Made by a program: the position numbers and the translations under genes
From: an uncultured Methylomirabilota bacterium
Lineage (GTDB): Bacteria; Methylomirabilota; Methylomirabilia; Methylomirabilales; 2-02-FULL-66-22
Assembly: GCA_963845565.1 (NCBI GenBank)
Contig: CAWJSJ010000002.1
Span: 32,001-96,000, forward strand
DNA: 64,000 nt
Reading direction: 5' to 3'
Shown: piece by piece, positions 19,146 through 31,627 of the stretch
How the letters are laid out: each line of letters begins with the position of its first letter
Numbering within the stretch: position 1 is the stretch's first letter
Notes under the pieces: generated by a model
Database searches by the model: none
What the model saw: the letters and a program-made list of their open reading frames with translations, nothing else
Told to the model about the DNA's origin: nothing

Positions 19146-19595
19146 TCATTCGGTCGAAACGGCGTCGTCCTTGCCGTCCAGCGCCGCGCGCATGGTGTGC
19201 CACGGCAAGCTGGCGCACTTGACGCGCACCGGGAATTCGCTCACCCCGCAGAACACGGCAAGCTTTCCCAGCTCCATCGGGTCGGCGCCGTTGCCCTCCC
19301 CGGTCACCATGTCGTGGAACTTCGCGAACAACTCCTGCGCCTCGGCCTTGGTCTTGCCCTTCAGCGCGGTGGTCATCAGCGAGGCGGCGGACTGGGAGAT
19401 GGCGCAGCCCGCGCCTTGGAAGCTGATCTCCCTGATCACCTCTCCGTCCATATGGAGGTACACCGTGATCTGGTCCCCGCACAGCGGATTGTGGCCTTCC
19501 GCATGCCGGTTGGCCCCCTCCAGTCGCTGGAAATTGCGCGGCTTCTTGTAATGGTCCAGGATGACCTGTTGGTACAGCTCGCGAAGATCCGGCAT
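19146..19595 (-). CDS. sufU: SUF system NifU-family protein SufU
   Basis: LYQQVILDH..PRN, NPLCGD, GCAIS, PVRVKC. Confidence 0.92.
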   Translation of the reverse strand: MPDLRELYQQVILDHYKKPRNFQRLEGANRHAEGHNPLCGDQITVYLHMDGEVIREISFQGAGCAISQSAASLMTTALKGKTKAEAQELFAKFHDMVTGEGNGADPMELGKLAVFCGVSEFPVRVKCASLPWHTMRAALDGKDDAVSTE

Positions 19596-20866
19596 CAGGC
19601 GAACACCTCGATGGCTTTATGGATCGCCTTGGCCAGGGCGTCCAGGTCGGCCCGCGTGTTGTAGAAGGCCAGGGACGCTCGGGCGGTCGCCGGCACCCCG
19701 AACCGCTTCATCACCGGCATGGCGCAGTGGTGCCCGGCCCGGACCGCCACCCCTTCCAGGTCCAGGATCGTCCCGATGTCGTGGGCGTGGATCCCGTCCA
19801 GGACGAAGGACAGCACCCCCGCCTTCTCCTTGGCCGTGCCGATCAGGCGCAAGCCGGGAATGGCCGTGAGGAGCTCGGTCCCGTAGGCCAGCAGCTCCGC
19901 CTCGTGCGCGGCGATCTGGTGCATCCCAACCTTCTCGACATACTCGATGGCGGCGGCCAGCCCGATGGTTCCGGCGATATTGGGCGTCCCTGCCTCGAAC
20001 TTGTGCGGCAGCGCGTTGTAGACCGTCTTCTCGAAGCTCACGGCACTGATCATGTCGCCGCCGCCTTGGTAGGGCGGCATGGCTTCCAGGAGGTCCGCCT
20101 TGCCGTACAGGACCCCGATGCCGGTCGGGCCGAAGAGCTTGTGCCCCGAGAACGCGTAGAAGTCGCAGTCCAGCGCGCGGACGTCCACCGGCATGTGGGG
20201 AATGGCCTGCGCCCCATCCAGTAGGACCGGGATCCCGCGGCTGTGCGCCAGGCCAATGATGTCCGACACCGGATTGACGGTCCCGAGGGCGTTGGAGACC
20301 TGCACCACCGCCACGAGCCTGGTCCGGTCGGAGAGCAGCCGCTCGTACTCGTCCAGCAGGAGCTCGCCGGCATCGTTGATGGGGATGACCTTCAGGTGCG
20401 CCCGCTTTTCCTCGCAGACCATCTGCCACGGGACGATGTTGGAGTGGTGCTCCATGGCCGAGACGATCACCTCGTCGCCGGGCCGGAGGTGTTTCCGTCC
20501 GTAGCTCTGCGCCACCAGGTTGATCCCCTCGGTGGTCCCGCGGGTGAAGATGATCTCCCGGTCGTGGGCCGCGTTCAGGAATTGCCGCACCCGGGTGCGA
20601 CCGCTCTCGTACGCCTGGGTCGCGACCTGACTGAGAAAATGGACGCCCCGATGCACGTTGGAGTTCTCTTCGGTGTAGTAGCGCATCAGCGCATCCAGGA
20701 CCGCCTGCGGTTTCTGCGTGGTGGCGGCGTTGTCGAGATATACCAGCGGCTTGCCGTGAACTTTCGTCCACAGAATGGGGAAGTCCTCGCGGATCTTGTC
20801 CGCACCGAACCCGACCAGACAGTCCTGACAGGGCGGCTCCCCACCGCGATGATGTGTGTGTTTCAT
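19595..20866 (-). CDS. sufS: Cysteine desulfurase SufS
   Basis: [34 protein letters not shown]. Confidence 0.95.
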   Translation of the reverse strand: MKHTHHRGGEPPCQDCLVGFGADKIREDFPILWTKVHGKPLVYLDNAATTQKPQAVLDALMRYYTEENSNVHRGVHFLSQVATQAYESGRTRVRQFLNAAHDREIIFTRGTTEGINLVAQSYGRKHLRPGDEVIVSAMEHHSNIVPWQMVCEEKRAHLKVIPINDAGELLLDEYERLLSDRTRLVAVVQVSNALGTVNPVSDIIGLAHSRGIPVLLDGAQAIPHMPVDVRALDCDFYAFSGHKLFGPTGIGVLYGKADLLEAMPPYQGGGDMISAVSFEKTVYNALPHKFEAGTPNIAGTIGLAAAIEYVEKVGMHQIAAHEAELLAYGTELLTAIPGLRLIGTAKEKAGVLSFVLDGIHAHDIGTILDLEGVAVRAGHHCAMPVMKRFGVPATARASLAFYNTRADLDALAKAIHKAIEVFA

Positions 20867-22221
20867 CGGATGCTCTCCACCAGAGCCTCCTGGGGCACCC
20901 ACTGTGCGACCAGCCGCTCCAGGTGGCGGCGGATCGGCTCGACCTTCACGCGCTGGAGCATGTCCCCCGCAAAGGCATGCAGCAAGAGCGCCCGGGCCGA
21001 GGCCTCGGGGATACCACGGGAGCGCAGATAGAAGACGGCCTCGTCGTCGATCTGCCCCACGGTGGCGCCGTGGGTGCATTTCACGTCGTCCGCATAGATC
21101 TCGAGCTGCGGCTTGGTGTCGATCTGGGCGTCCTCCGAGAGGAGCAGGTTCATGTTGGTCTGCTTGGCGTCGGTCTTCTGGGCGTCCTTGTGCACGATGA
21201 TCCGGCCGTGAAACACCCCGTGCGCCTGACCGTCCAGGATGCCCTTGTAGACCTGCCGGCTCGCGCAATGCGGGCTGGCGTGCTCGACCTTCATGTAGTT
21301 GTCCATGTGCTGCCGGCCGTTGGCCATGAACAATCCGTTGATCTGGCACTCACCCCCCTCGCCCGCCAGGACGGGGTGAATGTTACGACGCGTGAGGGCC
21401 CCCCCCAGGAGGAACGTGTGCGAGGTGACGCTGCTGCCCCGGCCCTGCCGGCTGCGCAGGGTCGAGATGTGAAACGCCTGCCGGTTCTCGCGCTGGATCA
21501 GATGATGCGCGACGACGCTTCCGTCGCCCGCCACGACCTCGGTGACCGCGTTGGAGAGATGGACGCCTTCGCCCAGTGAGACATAGTCCTCCACCACCGA
21601 CACCTGGCTCTCCTCCCCGGTCACCACCAGCGTCCGCGGGTGGGTGGCGATCGGCGCAGCGCCCGCCGTCGTCACATAGAGCAGGTGGATCGGCTTCTCG
21701 ACCAGCGCGCCGCGCGGGACCGAGACAAAGGCCCCATCCGTGAGGAAGGCGGTGTTGAGGGCCGAAAAGGCCTCGTGCTGGAAGTCCTCGTGACGGGCGA
21801 GATGCGGCTCCAGCACGCCGCGATCCCCGGCCAGGATCTGGGCAAGGCTCCCGGCCCGGACGCCGGCCGGCAAGGGGGACAGCCTGGACAAGCCCAGCGC
21901 AAATCGGCCGTTCACGAAGACCAGCCGCGAACAATTGCCGTCCGCGAACGTGAACGGGTCGAGCGACCGCGCATCCACCCCCGGCGCGACACTCTCGGCC
22001 GGTCGGAAGGCGATCTGCACGAGGGGGGCGAGGTTCGTGAATCGCCAGTCTTCATCGTGCGTCGTCGGGAACCCGAGCTCCTCGAGCCGCCCGATCGCCG
22101 CGCGGCGGACCGGGTGTAGCCACGCCTGGCCGCCCTTGGCCCAGAGCGGCTCGACGGTCCTGAAACTCTGCAAGAAACCATCCAGGGCCTGTGTCACGTT
22201 CATGGTAGCTTTCCCAGCCAT
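20863..22221 (-). CDS. sufD: Fe-S assembly protein SufD
   Basis: [42 protein letters not shown]. Confidence 0.95.
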   Translation of the reverse strand: MAGKATMNVTQALDGFLQSFRTVEPLWAKGGQAWLHPVRRAAIGRLEELGFPTTHDEDWRFTNLAPLVQIAFRPAESVAPGVDARSLDPFTFADGNCSRLVFVNGRFALGLSRLSPLPAGVRAGSLAQILAGDRGVLEPHLARHEDFQHEAFSALNTAFLTDGAFVSVPRGALVEKPIHLLYVTTAGAAPIATHPRTLVVTGEESQVSVVEDYVSLGEGVHLSNAVTEVVAGDGSVVAHHLIQRENRQAFHISTLRSRQGRGSSVTSHTFLLGGALTRRNIHPVLAGEGGECQINGLFMANGRQHMDNYMKVEHASPHCASRQVYKGILDGQAHGVFHGRIIVHKDAQKTDAKQTNMNLLLSEDAQIDTKPQLEIYADDVKCTHGATVGQIDDEAVFYLRSRGIPEASARALLLHAFAGDMLQRVKVEPIRRHLERLVAQWVPQEALVESIR

Positions 22222-22241
22222 GGTATATGCCCTTTCCCCGC

Positions 22242-23006
22242 CTAGGCCCGGGCCAGTTGGGCGGCCTCGGCCTCGATCCCGACGTACCCCTGCGCCTCCA
22301 GTTCCAGCGCGAGCTCTTTCCCACCGGACTTGACGATCCGTCCGTCTACCAGGACGTGCACGAAGTCCGGAACGATGTAGTTCAGGAGGCGCTGGTAGTG
22401 GGTCACGACCAGCATGGCGCGCGCGGGGCTGCGCAGCGCGTTGACCCCGTTGGCGACGATCTTCAAGGCGTCGATGTCCAGACCGGAATCGGTCTCGTCC
22501 AGGATCGCAAGCTTCGGCTGCATGACCGCCATGTGGAAGATCTCGTTCCGCTTCTTTTCGCCGCCGGAGAATCCTTCGTTCACCGAGCGACTCAGCAAAC
22601 CCTCGTCGATGTCCAGCAGTTTCATCTTGGCCTTGACCAGCGCCAGGAAATCCATCGCGTCCAGTTCCTCCTGGCCGTGGTGTTTCCGGACGGCGTTGAC
22701 CGCCGCCTTCAGGAAATACGTATTGTTGACGCCGGGGATCTCCACCGGATACTGAAAGGCCAGGAAGACCCCCTCGCAGGCCCGTTCCTCCGGCGACATC
22801 TCCACCAGGTTCCTCCCCAGATACAGGATCTCGCCCTGGGTGACCTGGTAGGTTTCCCGGCCGGCCAGGACCTGGGCCAGCGTGCTCTTGCCGGAGCCGT
22901 TGGGGCCCATGATGGAATGGACCTCGCCGGCGCGCACCGTCAGATTCAAGCCCTTCAGGATCTCGCGACCGTTGACCGTGGCGTGCAGATTTTTGATCTC
23001 AAGCAT
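22242..23006 (-). CDS. sufC: Fe-S assembly ATPase SufC
   Basis: GPNGSGKST, AFQYPVEIPGV, GFSGGEKKRNEI, LDETDSGLDIDAL. Confidence 0.97.
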   Translation of the reverse strand: MLEIKNLHATVNGREILKGLNLTVRAGEVHSIMGPNGSGKSTLAQVLAGRETYQVTQGEILYLGRNLVEMSPEERACEGVFLAFQYPVEIPGVNNTYFLKAAVNAVRKHHGQEELDAMDFLALVKAKMKLLDIDEGLLSRSVNEGFSGGEKKRNEIFHMAVMQPKLAILDETDSGLDIDALKIVANGVNALRSPARAMLVVTHYQRLLNYIVPDFVHVLVDGRIVKSGGKELALELEAQGYVGIEAEAAQLARA

Positions 23007-23081
23007 TGTTGTCCTCTACCGGGAAGATTCCCATGCCAGGCCTTGGCGACCTTGGCGCCTTGGCGGTTCAAGAAACCGATT

Positions 23082-24539
23082 CTACCCTACGCTGCCCTCG
23101 AGGCTCACGCTCAGGAGCTTTTGCGCCTCGACGGCGAATTCCATCGGCAACTCCTTGAAGACCTGCTTGCAGAACCCGCTCACGATGAGCGAGACGGCGT
23201 CCTCTTTGGAGATGCCGCGCTGGTTGCAGTAGAAGATCTGGTCCTCCCCGATCTTGGACGTGGACGCCTCGTGTTCCATCCGGGCCGTGGCGTTCTTCAC
23301 CTCGATATACGGGAAGGTGTGCGCCCCGCACTGGTCGCCGATCAGCAGCGAGTCGCACTGCGTGTAGTTCCGTGCCCCCCTGGCCCCCTTCTGGATCTTG
23401 ACCATGCCGCGGTAGGTGTTCTGGCCGTGGCCGGCGGAGATCCCTTTGGAGACGATGGTGCTCTTGGTGTTCTTGCCGATGTGGATCATCTTGGATCCGG
23501 TGTCCGCTTGCTGGCGATTGTTCGTGAGGGCCACCGAGTAGAACTCACCCACGGATCCGTCGCCTTGCAGGATGCAGCTCGGGTACTTCCAGGTGATGGC
23601 GGAACCGGTCTCCACCTGCGTCCAGGAGATGTGAGAGTTCCGCCCCTGACACTTGCCGCGCTTGGTGACGAAGTTATAGATGCCCCCTTTGCCGTTCTTG
23701 TCCCCGGGGTACCAGTTCTGGATCGTGGAGTATTTGATCTGCGCGTCATCGAGCGCCACCAGTTCCACCACGGCGGCGTGCAGTTGATTCGTGTCCCGGA
23801 TCGGCGCCGTGCACCCCTCCAGGTAGCTCACGTAGGCCCCCTCCTCCGCCACGATCAGGGTGCGCTCGAACTGGCCGGTGTCCGCCGCGTTGATCCGGAA
23901 GTAGGTGCTGAGCTCCATCGGGCAGCGAACGCCCTTGGGAATGTAGCAGAACGACCCGTCGCTGAAGACGGCGGCGTTCAGGGCGGCGAAGAAGTTGTCG
24001 GTGTACGGGACGACCGAGCCCAGGTATTTCTGGATCAGCGCCGGGTGGTTCTGGACCGCCTCGGAGAACGAGCAGAAGACGATGCCCAGCTCGGCCAGCT
24101 TCTCCTTGAAGGTGGTGGCCACCGAGACGCTGTCGAACACGGCGTCCACCGCCACGCCGGTCAAGCGCTTCTGTTCCTCCAGTGGAATACCGAGCTTCTC
24201 GAACGTCCGGCGGACTTCCGGGTCCACCTCGTCCAGGCTCGTGAGCGTCTTCTTCGGCTTGGGCGCCGAGTAATAGACGATGTCCTGATAGTCGATGGGT
24301 GGATAGCTGATATTGGCCCACCTGGGTTCCGCATCCGACTTCTGCAGCGTGACCCAGTGCCGGTAGGCCTTGAGCCGCCAGGCGAGCATGAACTCGGGCT
24401 CGTTCTTCTTGGCCGAGATCAGACGGACGGTGTCCTCGCTCAACCCGCGAGGAGCGGCATCCGCCTCGACATCGGTCACGAACCCGTATTTGTATTCCTG
24501 GTTGGCGAGGGCCTCGATCATGTTGGCGGAGGTGGTCAT
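23082..24539 (-). CDS. sufB: Fe-S assembly protein SufB
   Basis: [45 protein letters not shown]. Confidence 0.97.
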   Translation of the reverse strand: MTTSANMIEALANQEYKYGFVTDVEADAAPRGLSEDTVRLISAKKNEPEFMLAWRLKAYRHWVTLQKSDAEPRWANISYPPIDYQDIVYYSAPKPKKTLTSLDEVDPEVRRTFEKLGIPLEEQKRLTGVAVDAVFDSVSVATTFKEKLAELGIVFCSFSEAVQNHPALIQKYLGSVVPYTDNFFAALNAAVFSDGSFCYIPKGVRCPMELSTYFRINAADTGQFERTLIVAEEGAYVSYLEGCTAPIRDTNQLHAAVVELVALDDAQIKYSTIQNWYPGDKNGKGGIYNFVTKRGKCQGRNSHISWTQVETGSAITWKYPSCILQGDGSVGEFYSVALTNNRQQADTGSKMIHIGKNTKSTIVSKGISAGHGQNTYRGMVKIQKGARGARNYTQCDSLLIGDQCGAHTFPYIEVKNATARMEHEASTSKIGEDQIFYCNQRGISKEDAVSLIVSGFCKQVFKELPMEFAVEAQKLLSVSLEGSVG

Positions 24540-24605
24540 GTCGTCTCCCTGTGTGTCATGTCGATTCGGATTCACTATGCCGCACGGACGCCGGCGGCGA
24601 AACGA

Positions 24606-24989
24606 TCAACGGGCCCCGGCACCGAGGGCCAGATGGCGCCTTCCGGCTGATTCAGCGACGACCGCCTGCAATTCCCCGTCGGAGTCGGGACCAAGGACGA
24701 CGTGCGGAATGCCTTGCTGCACGACCGGCCGCGCCTCCACGCTGGGAGACGCGGACACCGCAACGATCGGCAGGCCTGGGGAAAGCTCTTGGACGGCGGA
24801 AGCCAGGAGGGGTCCGCCCAGTCCGTGGGTCCCGAGGTCCAGCACGACGACGTCTGCAGCCAGCGCCTTGACGGCCGCTAAGAGCTCCATGCCCGAGTCG
24901 CACGCCGTGAGCCGGCGCCCGTCGCTCTCAAGGGCGGCACAAACGACCTGCCTGACCGCTGTATTGTCTGTGCAAAGAATGACGTGCAT
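24606..24989 (-). CDS. Stand-alone atypical receiver (CheY-like) domain protein
   Basis: Receiver-like pattern (VILCTD, DSGMELL, DVVVLDL, LPIVAVSA) without the conserved Lys; RBS GAGGAG. Confidence 0.7.
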   Translation of the reverse strand: MHVILCTDNTAVRQVVCAALESDGRRLTACDSGMELLAAVKALAADVVVLDLGTHGLGGPLLASAVQELSPGLPIVAVSASPSVEARPVVQQGIPHVVLGPDSDGELQAVVAESAGRRHLALGAGAR

Positions 24990-25021
24990 GACACTCCTCG
25001 AGCTCTACGGTGGTTAGTAAC

Positions 25022-25037
25022 AGCAATGAATGTACCA
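25022..25037 (-). promoter_or_regulatory. Sigma54 (-24/-12) promoter of the receiver-suf operon
   Basis: TGGTACATTCATTGCT = GG-N10-GC, 33 bp upstream of the start codon; AT-rich tract further upstream. Confidence 0.7.
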
Positions 25038-25153
25038 AAACATCCTGATCTCATCCTCATTCATAACATATTGGATCTAATTGAAAAAAGTCTGACAATA
25101 GACAGAACCGTGGACCATGTGGTAAGCGCTAGGCGTGGGAGATTCTCCCAGGG

Positions 25154-25441
25154 GTGGGAGGATCTCCCAGGGACTACGAAGGAGGGACACGCCGAGATCG
25201 GGCGGCCTGTTCGGTTGACACGCGGCTGGAACGCCATGAGAATCCGGCCGCACCGCGGGATCCGATACGTCCTCCTTCTGTCGCGAAGGCGCAGCGAGGC
25301 ACCATCGAAGAACGGTCCGCACTCTGGGGAGGAGACTACACGTACAGATTCGATCCGGCGAGATTCAGGGATATGCTCGAGCAGGTTACGATGGACGCCG
25401 GGTATTCGTTCGAAGTGACGCTGGTCGAGAAGTCGGTCTAG
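25154..25441 (+). CDS. Hypothetical protein or gene remnant
   Basis: Only the 3' half (IEERSALWGGDYTYRFDP...) looks protein-like; start not supported. Confidence 0.25.
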   Translation: MGGSPRDYEGGTRRDRAACSVDTRLERHENPAAPRDPIRPPSVAKAQRGTIEERSALWGGDYTYRFDPARFRDMLEQVTMDAGYSFEVTLVEKSV

Positions 25442-25546
25442 CGGCTCAAACGGCAGAACCAGAGCCTCGTGCGCAGGCGGTGGCGCGGCCTTCCCCTCAT
25501 CTTCCCCACCGGTGGAAGGAGGCCGCGGCGAGGGTGGTCGACCATA

Positions 25547-25573
25547 AGAGGGGGCGAACGGTCCGCCCCCTCT
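25547..25573. terminator. Hairpin between convergent ORFs, probable terminator
   Basis: AGAGGGGGCG-N7-CGCCCCCTCT. Confidence 0.55.
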
Positions 25574-25609
25574 CGGTATCGGATCAACGCCCTGAGGGTT
25601 ATCTCTGGT

Positions 25610-26578
25610 TTATTGCGGAATCTGGCCGGGTGCAGTCAGTGCGAACTCGTCCAGGACGAACGCCGCCGACGTCGTCTGGGCCTTCGTGAAGGCGATAGTA
25701 TTCTGTCCCGCACGCAGATCGACGCTCCCGATCTTGATGTTCACCCACCCCCCGGTGTCACGGCTCGGGTTGCTCCATGCCAGGGCCTTGGCGCCGTTGA
25801 CATACACCTCCACCGATCGAGCGCCCGCTGCGTGCTTTCCGTCATCGTCGAAGCGAATCCAGAGATCGTACCGACCCGCGGGAGCGCTGACCGTGTAGGT
25901 CGCCGTGGCGCGGCCATCGCCGAGATACACGAAGCCGCCTCGGCCTCCGGGGCGGGGCGAGGACGGCTTGGAGAACGTGTATTGTCCGGCTCCGGAAATC
26001 GTACCGCTCTCGGCCGGGACCACGATGCGTCCGCCGCCAGGCGTCGTCCCACCTGTCGTTCCGCCTGTGGTACCGCCGGTCGTTCCGCCCGTGGTACCGC
26101 CGCTGGTCGTGCCACCCGTGGCGCCGCCGGTCGTGCCTGTAGGCGGCTTCCCGGGCCCGGTTCCGCCGGTCTGAGGCGCGCAGCCGCTCACTTTGCCGTC
26201 CTGGGTGATCTGGATGACGTTTCCGGCTTTGCACGACTGCTGCGCCCCGGCAGTGTTGATGACACGGGCGGCGTCCAAGGCCAGCGTGCAGTACTTCACC
26301 TTGCTGGTCCCCGCATAGAACTCCACCATATTACCACCCTTGCAGGTGATGCCGAGACCGCCGACGCTGAATGGCGTGTCGGAGGCCAGAACGCACCCGG
26401 TGATGGTGGTGGGATACTTGCCCCAGGGTTTGTTGGTCGCCAGCACCCCGCCGCTGCACCGCACGGTGAAGTTGCTGCCATCGATCGGGAACTCGGTTTG
26501 TGCGCCGGCCACCGACGACAGGAGCGCTACGACCCCCACGATTGTCACCGCAAGAACCCCAAAAGACGATCGGCTCAT
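25610..26578 (-). CDS. Secreted protein: Cys-rich N-domain, Gly/Thr linker, C-terminal CBM6/CBM35-like domain
   Basis: Signal peptide ending AGA, GGTT repeats, ATYTVSAPAGRYDLWIRF, TGGW...VDLRAGQNTIAF. Confidence 0.75.
   Translation of the reverse strand: MSRSSFGVLAVTIVGVVALLSSVAGAQTEFPIDGSNFTVRCSGGVLATNKPWGKYPTTITGCVLASDTPFSVGGLGITCKGGNMVEFYAGTSKVKYCTLALDAARVINTAGAQQSCKAGNVIQITQDGKVSGCAPQTGGTGPGKPPTGTTGGATGGTTSGGTTGGTTGGTTGGTTGGTTPGGGRIVVPAESGTISGAGQYTFSKPSSPRPGGRGGFVYLGDGRATATYTVSAPAGRYDLWIRFDDDGKHAAGARSVEVYVNGAKALAWSNPSRDTGGWVNIKIGSVDLRAGQNTIAFTKAQTTSAAFVLDEFALTAPGQIPQ
26040..26135 (-). repeat. 12-bp coding repeat (GGTT linker)
   Basis: About six to seven GG(T/A)T units in the translation. 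Confidence 0.8.
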
Positions 26579-27038
26579 CGGGTCACTCCTCGATGTCCCT
26601 TCGCCGCTCGGCATGCGTGACCGAGAAGCGTCAGGACCGTGTTGTGGTTGGGCGCGGCCACCGAGTGCGAAGACATCGCCGGTGGTGCCGCAGCGGAGAA
26701 AGATCCTCGCGAAAACGCCCTACGGAGGAACGCTACTGAACGGAGGGATGGGGTCAAGGTGAAACGAGACGGCAGGCGCAGTTGTCCGCAGCGAAGGACA
26801 ATCACGATCGCCGGAGGCAATGGCTCGCCTGCCTCGATCCGCGGCCTGAGCAAGACACGCCGTGCCCCGCGTGGCAAGCCGGCGCGCCGCGCGTTGAGGC
26901 CGACGGCGCGACCTGGAACCCCGGACGGACAGGGCCGAGGAACCCACACCGCCGCTGTGTTTCCGAGACGCCGCCCAGGCGATCCGGTGCCGGGAGGCGG
27001 AGCCTCGGACGTCTCGGACCCTGCGGCTAACGATGGTC

Positions 27039-28415
<1,377 letters not shown>

Positions 28416-28537
28416 GGTGGTTCCTTGGTGACGCTGCGGTCCGAAGGGTTGACGGAGACGGCGATTTGGCAGGCGATCAGGCAATCACGAGGGCTCGCTT
28501 CCCAAATCGCGAAGTTGCCCAATGACCCAGTTGCCTG

Positions 28538-30384
28538 TCATGCCGCCAGCGGCAGCCGGATGCTCACCGTCGTCCCCTGTCCGGGGCCTCGGCTGACAAC
28601 CTCGATTCGGCCGCCGTGCTGCTCCACGATGCTCTGGCAAATGGCCAGCCCCAGGCCCGTTCCCTTCCCGACCTCTTTGGTGGTGAAGAAGGGGTCAAAG
28701 ATCTTGGAGAGATGCGCGGCGGCGATGCCGGCGCCGGTGTCCGCCACGACGATCTCGACCCAGTCGAGGGCGGAGATCGGGGGATTGGTGATTGGGGGAT
28801 CAGGGAAATCGCCTCGATGCCGGTGCCTGGTTCCCGGTTGACTCTCGCCTGATCGCCGGGTTGTCCCCCCGTCGGGGCGCGCCGCGCGGTGACCGTGATT
28901 TCGCCGCCCCCCTCGACCGCATCGAGGGCGTTGGTGAGGAGGTTCAGCAAGACTTGGTGGAGCATCTGCGAGTCCCCGCGCACGATGGCGCCGTCGCCGA
29001 TGGGCTCCATCCGGATCTGCCGGTTGGCCAGGCGCGCTTGCCGCTCCACGAAGGCGACCGCCTCGCGCATGACCTGTCCCACGTCCACGGGGCCGAACGC
29101 GGGCTCTCGCTGCCGGGCGAAATCCAAGAGGCGCCGGACGATCGCCGCCGCGCGGCCGACTTCGCTCTGGATCATTCCGAGATACTCGCGACAGTCGCCG
29201 AACCGCCGATCGTCTCCGCACGCCCCCTCGCTGACATGGCGCTGCAGCGCTTCCGCGAAGCCCGCCACCGCGGACAGGGGATTGTTCAGCTCGTGGGCCA
29301 CGCCGGCGGCCAACCGGCCGAGCGAGGCCAGCTTCTCCTGCCGGACCAGCAGATCCTGCGACTGCTGCAATTCTTCGAAGGAGCGGGTCAGTTGTTCGTA
29401 CAGGCTGGCGTTCTCGATGGCCACGGCGGCCTGCCCGGCGAGGGTCACCGCGAGCTGCTCGTCCTCTTTGCTGAACTCCTCCGCCCCCTGCTTCTCGGTC
29501 AGATAGAGATGGCCGAACACCCGCCCTCGCGAGATGATGGGAACCCCTAGAAACGATCGCATCATCGGGTGGTGCCGCGGGAACCCGTGGGCCCGCGGAT
29601 CCGCCGTGAGGTCGCGCAGCCGGAGCGGTCGCCGCTCCCGGACGGCGACGCCGAGGATCCCCGCTCCCTGCGGCGGCGGCCCGATGGCCTCCCGCTGCGC
29701 CTCGGTGAGGCCCGTCGTCACGAACTGCTCCACCGCACCCGACGGATCTAGCGTGCCGAGCGCCCCGTACCGTGCCCCGAGGAGCCGGCAGGCGACCTCG
29801 ACGATCCGCTGCAGGACGGCGGCCAGCGAGCGCTCCGCGCTCAGGGCTTTGCCGGCCTCGACCAACGCCTCGAGCTGCGCGCGGCTGCGACCCACCGCCC
29901 GCTCGCGTTCCTGGAGAAATGCCATGGCCACGATCGTCAGTATCCGGTTCACGACGGGTTCGTACAGGTCCAGGCCTGCCGCCGCCTCGCCGCAATCCTG
30001 GAGATACCGGCGGCTCAGCGCGCGCCCGCACACGTCCCGCAGCACGAGGAGTCGCCCCATGACCTGCGTGGCCCCGATGCCCCGGAAGACGTCCCGTTCG
30101 GCCATGTCCTGGGCATACGCCTGGGCGCTGTGGTAGCGCCCCGTCTCGAGACACTCGACCAGGGCGTCGTAGACCTTGGCGGACTCGGATTCGGCCTCGG
30201 CCGGCGAGAGGAGCTTCCCGAAACCGCGCCGCGCCATCTCCGACACCCAGGCGCGTTGGATGGCTTCTCGCTCCGCCCGCAGGTGGCGCACGATCGTCGA
30301 AACCGCCTCCTCGTGCGAGGCCGCAGGCTGCCGCGCCGGCTCACCGGCGGGTAACTTGGCTCTGGGTTTCCGTGCTCCCGGCAT
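28538..30384 (-). CDS. Sensor histidine kinase (RsbRD_N-like helical domain, GAF, HisKA, HATPase), frameshift at ~28770-28880
   Basis: GVAHELNNPL and NALDA in one frame; VADTGAGI, FDPFFTTK, GTGLGL in the ORF ending at 28538. Confidence 0.85.
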
Positions 30385-30478
30385 CGATTCACCAACCGGA
30401 CGGCGATTGGGCGCGTTGGCGATTTGACAATCGGTTTTCGTGGATATCACGACCGACCGTGCCGGACAAGGGGATTCG

Positions 30479-31516
30479 TCACTCGGTGAGGAAGGGCAGG
30501 GCGGCCGTCTCGCCGGAAAACGCGTCGGGGCCCGCGCCGATGCAAAGTGGTGTGCCGGGCTCCCAACATTCCCGCCGGAGGTGGGCGAGGGCGATCACAC
30601 GGCCCAGGACGGGAGACCGCACGGCGCTGGTCACGCGCCCGACCGTACGATCCCCCAGGACGACCGGCATGCCCGGTGCCGGAACCGTTTCCCCCGTGAC
30701 CAACAGGCCGCACAACCGCTTGTTCAGGTGTCCCTGGTGCTCGGCGCGGATGACCACCTCTTGGCCGACGTAACAGCCCTTGGTGAAGCTCACGTGATCC
30801 GCCGTCAACGATTCCATCAGGAGGCTGTTGTCGTCGTAGTCCACGCCGAACCAGGGCCAGGCCGCTTCCACGCGCAACCACTCCAGTGCCGCGGTCCCGA
30901 CCGGCCGGAGCCCGGCGGCGGACCCGTCCCGGAGGATCTGTCCCCAGGCCGCCCCTGCCGCGTCTGCGGGAATCAACAGGTCGAAGCCGGGAAGCCGGAG
31001 CCACCGGCTGGCGCTGACCCGGACCGGGACCTCGCCGAGCCGAACTTCACGGTGGTGCCAGGGGGCAAGGTCACCGATCTCCTGCCCGAGCGCCGCGGTC
31101 AGCGCGCGCGTCGCCGCCGGGCCTGCGACCATGAGATGAGTGAAGCGGGCGCTCAGGTCGGCCACCTGGACGTCATCGGCGATGATGTGTCGATCGAAGG
31201 CATTCTGCACCGCCTCGAGGCGGTCCCGGTGGAGATCGATCCATACCGCGTCCGTCAGCCCGTACACGGCCAACTCGGCCAGGAGGCGCCCCTTGACGGT
31301 GAGCGCCGCCGCCAGGCACCCCGCACCGCTCGGCAAGGTCTTGACCTCGTTGGTGATCTGTCCGTTCAGCCAGCGAAGCCGCTCTCCGCCGGTGAGCTGC
31401 AGCAGGCCGCGAAACGAGAAATCCACCAGGCCGGCACCGCTCCGGACGGCGCGGTACTCTCCCAACGGGTCGCCAAAGTGCGTCGGCACCTCGACACCAG
31501 CCCGCTCGGCGAACAC
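30479..31516 (-). CDS. YgfZ/GcvT-family folate-binding protein (start uncertain)
   Basis: VSFTKGCYVGQEVV signature, EYRAVR..GLVDFS.RG. Confidence 0.88.
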   Translation of the reverse strand: MFAERAGVEVPTHFGDPLGEYRAVRSGAGLVDFSFRGLLQLTGGERLRWLNGQITNEVKTLPSGAGCLAAALTVKGRLLAELAVYGLTDAVWIDLHRDRLEAVQNAFDRHIIADDVQVADLSARFTHLMVAGPAATRALTAALGQEIGDLAPWHHREVRLGEVPVRVSASRWLRLPGFDLLIPADAAGAAWGQILRDGSAAGLRPVGTAALEWLRVEAAWPWFGVDYDDNSLLMESLTADHVSFTKGCYVGQEVVIRAEHQGHLNKRLCGLLVTGETVPAPGMPVVLGDRTVGRVTSAVRSPVLGRVIALAHLRRECWEPGTPLCIGAGPDAFSGETAALPFLTE

Positions 31517-31627
31517 CGCCCCCGCCTCTCGCTCCTCGTTCGCACATGCACTCGGGATGACCGAGGTTTCCCTCTGCGCTCGTCTCTCGGCTCTTGGCTC
31601 CTCGGCTCTCAGCAGTCGGCTCTTCCG

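Noticed and set aside
19595..21349. 584-aa SufS as given in the ORF track
   Set aside because: The extension overlaps sufD out of frame; the start at 20866 overlapping the sufD stop fits better.
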